From Raillietiella orientalis (lineage: Eukaryota): a stretch of DNA of 64,000 nucleotides. How positions within the stretch are numbered: position 1 is the first letter of the stretch; every line of letters begins with the position of its first letter. A program made the position numbers and the translations under genes. The DNA lies in NCBI GenBank assembly GCA_036172245.1, contig JAYWIR010000021.1, positions 1,178,001 to 1,242,000 of the forward strand. The letters are read 5' to 3'. Of the stretch, positions 59,983-64,000 are shown piece by piece. The notes under the pieces were generated by a model. The model saw nothing but the letters and a program-made list of their open reading frames with translations. It searched no databases and was not told the DNA's origin.

Positions 59983-60728
59983 ATCTTCTCCACGCAATGG
60001 TTTTCCGAGCAAGCATCATCATTTTCTCTTGGCATGAAAAGCGCACCTCGGGTTCCTAAATGATTTGAAAAACGGGTGTTGTGCACACTCATCATCTCTT
60101 TTCATGCCTTCGTAATGATGTGCCAAGCGGCTTGAGGATCATCAAGACCACCTGCACTTTATGTCAATCACCGTGCGGAGAATTCAGTTTCTCAGCGACC
60201 TTCTACAAAAGCACAACTACAAATCTTCCAAGAAAGAACGGGTGGAAAAAAAAAAGAAAAAAAAGGAAATCCTAATGAGACTAAAAAAATCCAAAGGGAA
60301 TAGAACGAAGCAAACACCGCGAACGAAAAGGTCTGATGCGACCACCGCGGCGTGACATTATTTTATCGCATTCAGTTCTTGCTTCGTTGATGGCCTCGAT
60401 TGACCTTGCACATGTCAGTGAAGGATGATGTTCCGCTCATTGAAAGGAACAGACGGGAAAAAAAAAAAAAGAGAGTGCAACAGGCCACCACCACGATCAC
60501 GTCGTCTGCGTCTCCTCCACGTTGTTTGGTCAGCTTTCGAACACCTCGGCATAGCAATCACCGTACATCCACCGGAACGGTTCCGTACAGAGCTACTGGA
60601 GCTGATTCCAGCCTGAATACGAACGGTCTCTCAAGCATAACGTGCGGTTCCATCCGCAGCTCGCCGTTGCTTCCCATCTTTTCCAAGACTGAAGGCTGCT
60701 GCGAGAATGGCATTCGGGGCATGGTACA

Positions 60729-60763
<35 letters not shown>

Positions 60764-62749
60764 AGGAAAACACAGACACACGCACTGAAATCACTGTAAT
60801 CTTTAGAGAGGTGACCCTAACATGCAAAGGAACAAACGCATGACTCCATTTTTTTTTTTTTTTTTTCCGTTCTTCGGAGGTTAGAGAACGATACACGAAT
60901 GCCGTACGCACTGCAGGGATTGAAGAGGAAGAAGGAGGGAAGAAATTCGGTCCATCCACGTTGAAGGGACAAACGTGTTCCTTTTACAAATGGTACGCTT
61001 ACGTTGATAAACGAAGACGTGCTTATGAAAGGGCAAAACAGTACACATGTGCATTCCTCACAAAGGAAACGTAATTACGAAAACCAATCACGATTCAGGT
61101 TAATTTCATGCATAATAAAGAAAAAAAAAAAAACCCTACAGGCCACACGTTGTTCACCGACTGAATTCGGCAATACATGTTAACGCTACGAGTGGATGAT
61201 GCGCGCCGGTGCTTACCCGGAAACCCTCATAAAGACCACGCAATCAATCACTTGCATTCCGATTCGATTATGCGTGCATCCTTTTGTTTTCTTTTAAGCA
61301 GCTGTTGCATCCATTTTCGCGGGAAGAAAGCAAAAAGAGAAGCAAAAAAAAAAAAAAAATCGACATCTCAAGCACGGTAAATGCAGATGCTCCACCAAAT
61401 CAACCTCCAAACGAACACACACAAAAAAAAACTCTTCTTCATCCGACGACCCCCCCCCCCCCACCACCACCACCACCACCAAAACAGTGCTTTTCTAACC
61501 GCCCCAGCATCCTCCCCCACCCCCCTTTAGTAATCAGCAGGTAGGTGCACCTACCAGCTTTGAGGAAAGCCAAGGTGCACGTGTAGGGCGAGGTGTTGCG
61601 CTTACGCTGCTTGGCAGATGCAATGGCCGTTGCCGGTGAACTTTTCGAGTGAACCCGCAAATTAGAAAAGGGGGGGGGGGGGGGAAGGAAAAAGAAAAAG
61701 ACGCACAAAAACAGAAGCAAGGCGAATCCCTCCTTTTTTCCACCCTGACGACGAGAAACCTTCCAAAGGTGCCACAAGTTGCCTACGCCTTCCCGCCAGC
61801 CGGATCTCCTCCACACATCCCAACGCGGCGCTGCGGTACAATTTATGGCTCTGGGAGACACCCGGACTTGGCAGCTTCCATTCATTAAGACGAACCACTG
61901 CTCGAGCTTGGAGGTTTCCTCTAATGAATTAAGGTTTCCCTTAAGCGTCTCGTGTTGTTCCAGGAATCGTTAATCTCACCGATGCGCTCGGTGATTTCGA
62001 GACACAAATTCCAACCACGAAATTTCCCGCCAAGTCGTTCGGGTCATTTCACCGCGAGCCATCCTTCCAAGGACCACAAGCGTGAACCGAGTCCCTTTGT
62101 GTCCTGATCTCGGATCGTCTGGACCACTCGATCGCATCGGAGAAGCGAATGTTTCGTGTGGCTCGGGGTCTGTTACTCTTTCATCCGACACCAGAAGAAG
62201 GGAGGAAGCAGACACGATCCCATCAAGTGTTGAAGAGCGCCAGGGTTGTGAGAAGGAAAGAAAACGGGCATAAACGGAAAGTAACAGGAAGCTTTCACTA
62301 TCTCATAGTTTCGCCATAGGGGGAAAAAAAAAAAAAAAAAAAAAAAAAAACCCAACGAGAGTGTGCTCGAATTATTTGAATCTCCGTCCGTCATTTCTTT
62401 CACAGCATATCTGCTTGGAGTCCTTCACGTGAATCGATCCCATCGTCTAAGGTGGGGCAGCACATCGAAATGCATCTCACTTCCTATTTATTTCGTCCCC
62501 CTCGTTCCTCGCATGCAGCAGCACTTGCAACTTAAATAGCCATCTCTCCAACCAGCAATTTCCGCAAAACTATGCAAAGTTTTTTCTTCTTCTTCTTCTT
62601 CTTTTTTTCTTCATGCAGAAAAAGGCTGAAACCGTGAAACTCTTTTCGAGTAAAATCGTGCGACACGCACCTTTTCAAGTTCACAGCACGCCGGGCACGA
62701 AAACACCCTCTTCGGCCCGTGTCCGTTTCGCTGAGAGTGTCCACGGAAG

Positions 62750-63350
62750 TGCACCGGGGTGTCCGTCCACCCTGGTGGTGAACATTCTGCGGATTTCAGC
62801 AAAGTACTGCTGCATCTTTAGTCCCTCCCTCCCCTCCCCTCCCCGCAAAGACGCGCAGGAACTTCCACCGGACGCCGCAAAGTTTCCCCAGCTCGCCGCC
62901 CCTCGAGCTTCTCGCCGAATGCACGCCTCATCCTACTCAATGGGTCGCTTCGCGTTCCTTCAAGCAGCAGAGGTTATCTCGCTCTGCTGGGATTTCGGGA
63001 AATAACAGATAATGTCTTTGCAACACTTCGAAATGATTTGCATGGGATGCGAGTCGGCGAGGAAAGACTCGATGGTTGCCGCAAAGTGCTCCCTTCACCG
63101 AGATGACCGGAGTCTGCGGGTCCTCTTTGACTTCGCGATGAACTTGGCGTGCCAATTCTGCAAAAAGAGTTCCTCACTTATTTGTCTTCGTTGTGCTTCG
63201 CATTCGTGCGGTTCCGAGTTCCTGCCGTATCGCGCAGCTCACCATCTGCACGATTCCGCCACGCCATCAAATGAGCTCCGCGAAGAGAAATGTCCTTCGG
63301 GGACGCGGTCACTGCTGTGCTCGGAAAACATCGACTCCGAACGTCAACTA
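62750..63350 (-). mobile_element. Possible Tc1-like transposase N-terminal remnant
   Basis: ARQVHREVKEDPQTPVISVKGAL resembles the Tc1 second HTH region; weak. Confidence 0.3.
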
Positions 63351-64000
63351 CGGCATCAATCAGAGATAACATATATCCTTCCTGAGCTCCGTGTAGACAG
63401 CCCGATTAGGATCACCGAATCGTTTATCTATGCGCTACAGATTATCGATTGAACTGCAAGCGATGCAAACACGGTGGAGTGTCTAAAAACGGGAAAAAAA
63501 AAAAAAAAAAAAAAAATACGCATGAAAGTTACACGGTGACAAGGAGTCCACGAGGACGAGATAAGGAAAAATGCGATGCTGGGACTTTGATAGGAAAGCC
63601 CGAAATGGCACGGCAGAGAGGGGGGGGAATGAGGCGAAGGATGAGCCTTTCGAAACTGCCAACGTTCCGCGACGGATCGGAGCGATCTCCATTTACATCG
63701 GAAGAATCTGATCGCACGGACGATTCGGATGTGCACCTGAAGAACCGAGAAATCCTCTCGCAAAAACCATCGCAAGGCGAAACTGCCGCCAAAGCGTGCA
63801 ACCGTACCCAAAGCCACAAGAGCGACTGCAGGCGGCTTTGACGGAGGCTTTCCCAGGATCGCACGTGAAGATCGTTCTGACCTCAGAAGAAGAAAAAAAT
63901 TCAAAGTTTCCTTGCACTCCGTGAGCACATCATCCCCCCCCCCCTCCCCCACGGGCCCCATCCTAGCGTACACCCGGCCTCCGAGTCCGCACCTCGAAGC

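Noticed and set aside
1..64000. CRISPR array, prokaryotic operon, rRNA, snRNA or spliced-leader genes
   Set aside because: No regularly spaced repeat-spacer array or recognisable structural RNA; the sequence is intron-containing eukaryotic DNA

Overview
Eukaryotic (animal, probably invertebrate) genomic DNA in two sharply different halves; the species cannot be identified from the sequence. (1) About 1-47,500 is a GC- and CpG-rich graveyard of nested, heavily degenerate retroelements with no intact ORF. It holds many copies of one L1/Tx1-like LINE family (ORF1 zinc knuckle, APE, RT, zf-RVT, shared 3' end), I-clade-like LINEs with RNase H, R2-like (ZF-Myb / RT / CCHC-RLE) fragments, Gypsy gag/RT/integrase fragments and a Penelope-like fragment. 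(2) About 47,590-64,000 is the 3' part of a minus-strand AGAP / centaurin-gamma gene (GTPase-like, split PH, ArfGAP and ankyrin domains). Nine phase-consistent exons (709 codons) can be built with GT-AG introns: six of 45-59 nt, one of 120 nt and one of about 9.4 kb. The upstream exons lie beyond the window, and the large introns carry weak DNA-transposon fossils. The gene model and the exact repeats are read directly from the sequence. The transposon calls are by-eye motif matches across frameshifts with approximate boundaries and need HMM/Repbase confirmation. I found no CRISPR, rRNA or convincing tRNA, and cannot support a new functional biological system. The best leads are an ORF2-deleted LINE derivative, a conserved LINE 3' stem-loop, a near-identical 660-bp tract shared by two otherwise diverged dead LINEs, and a 380-bp inverted repeat.
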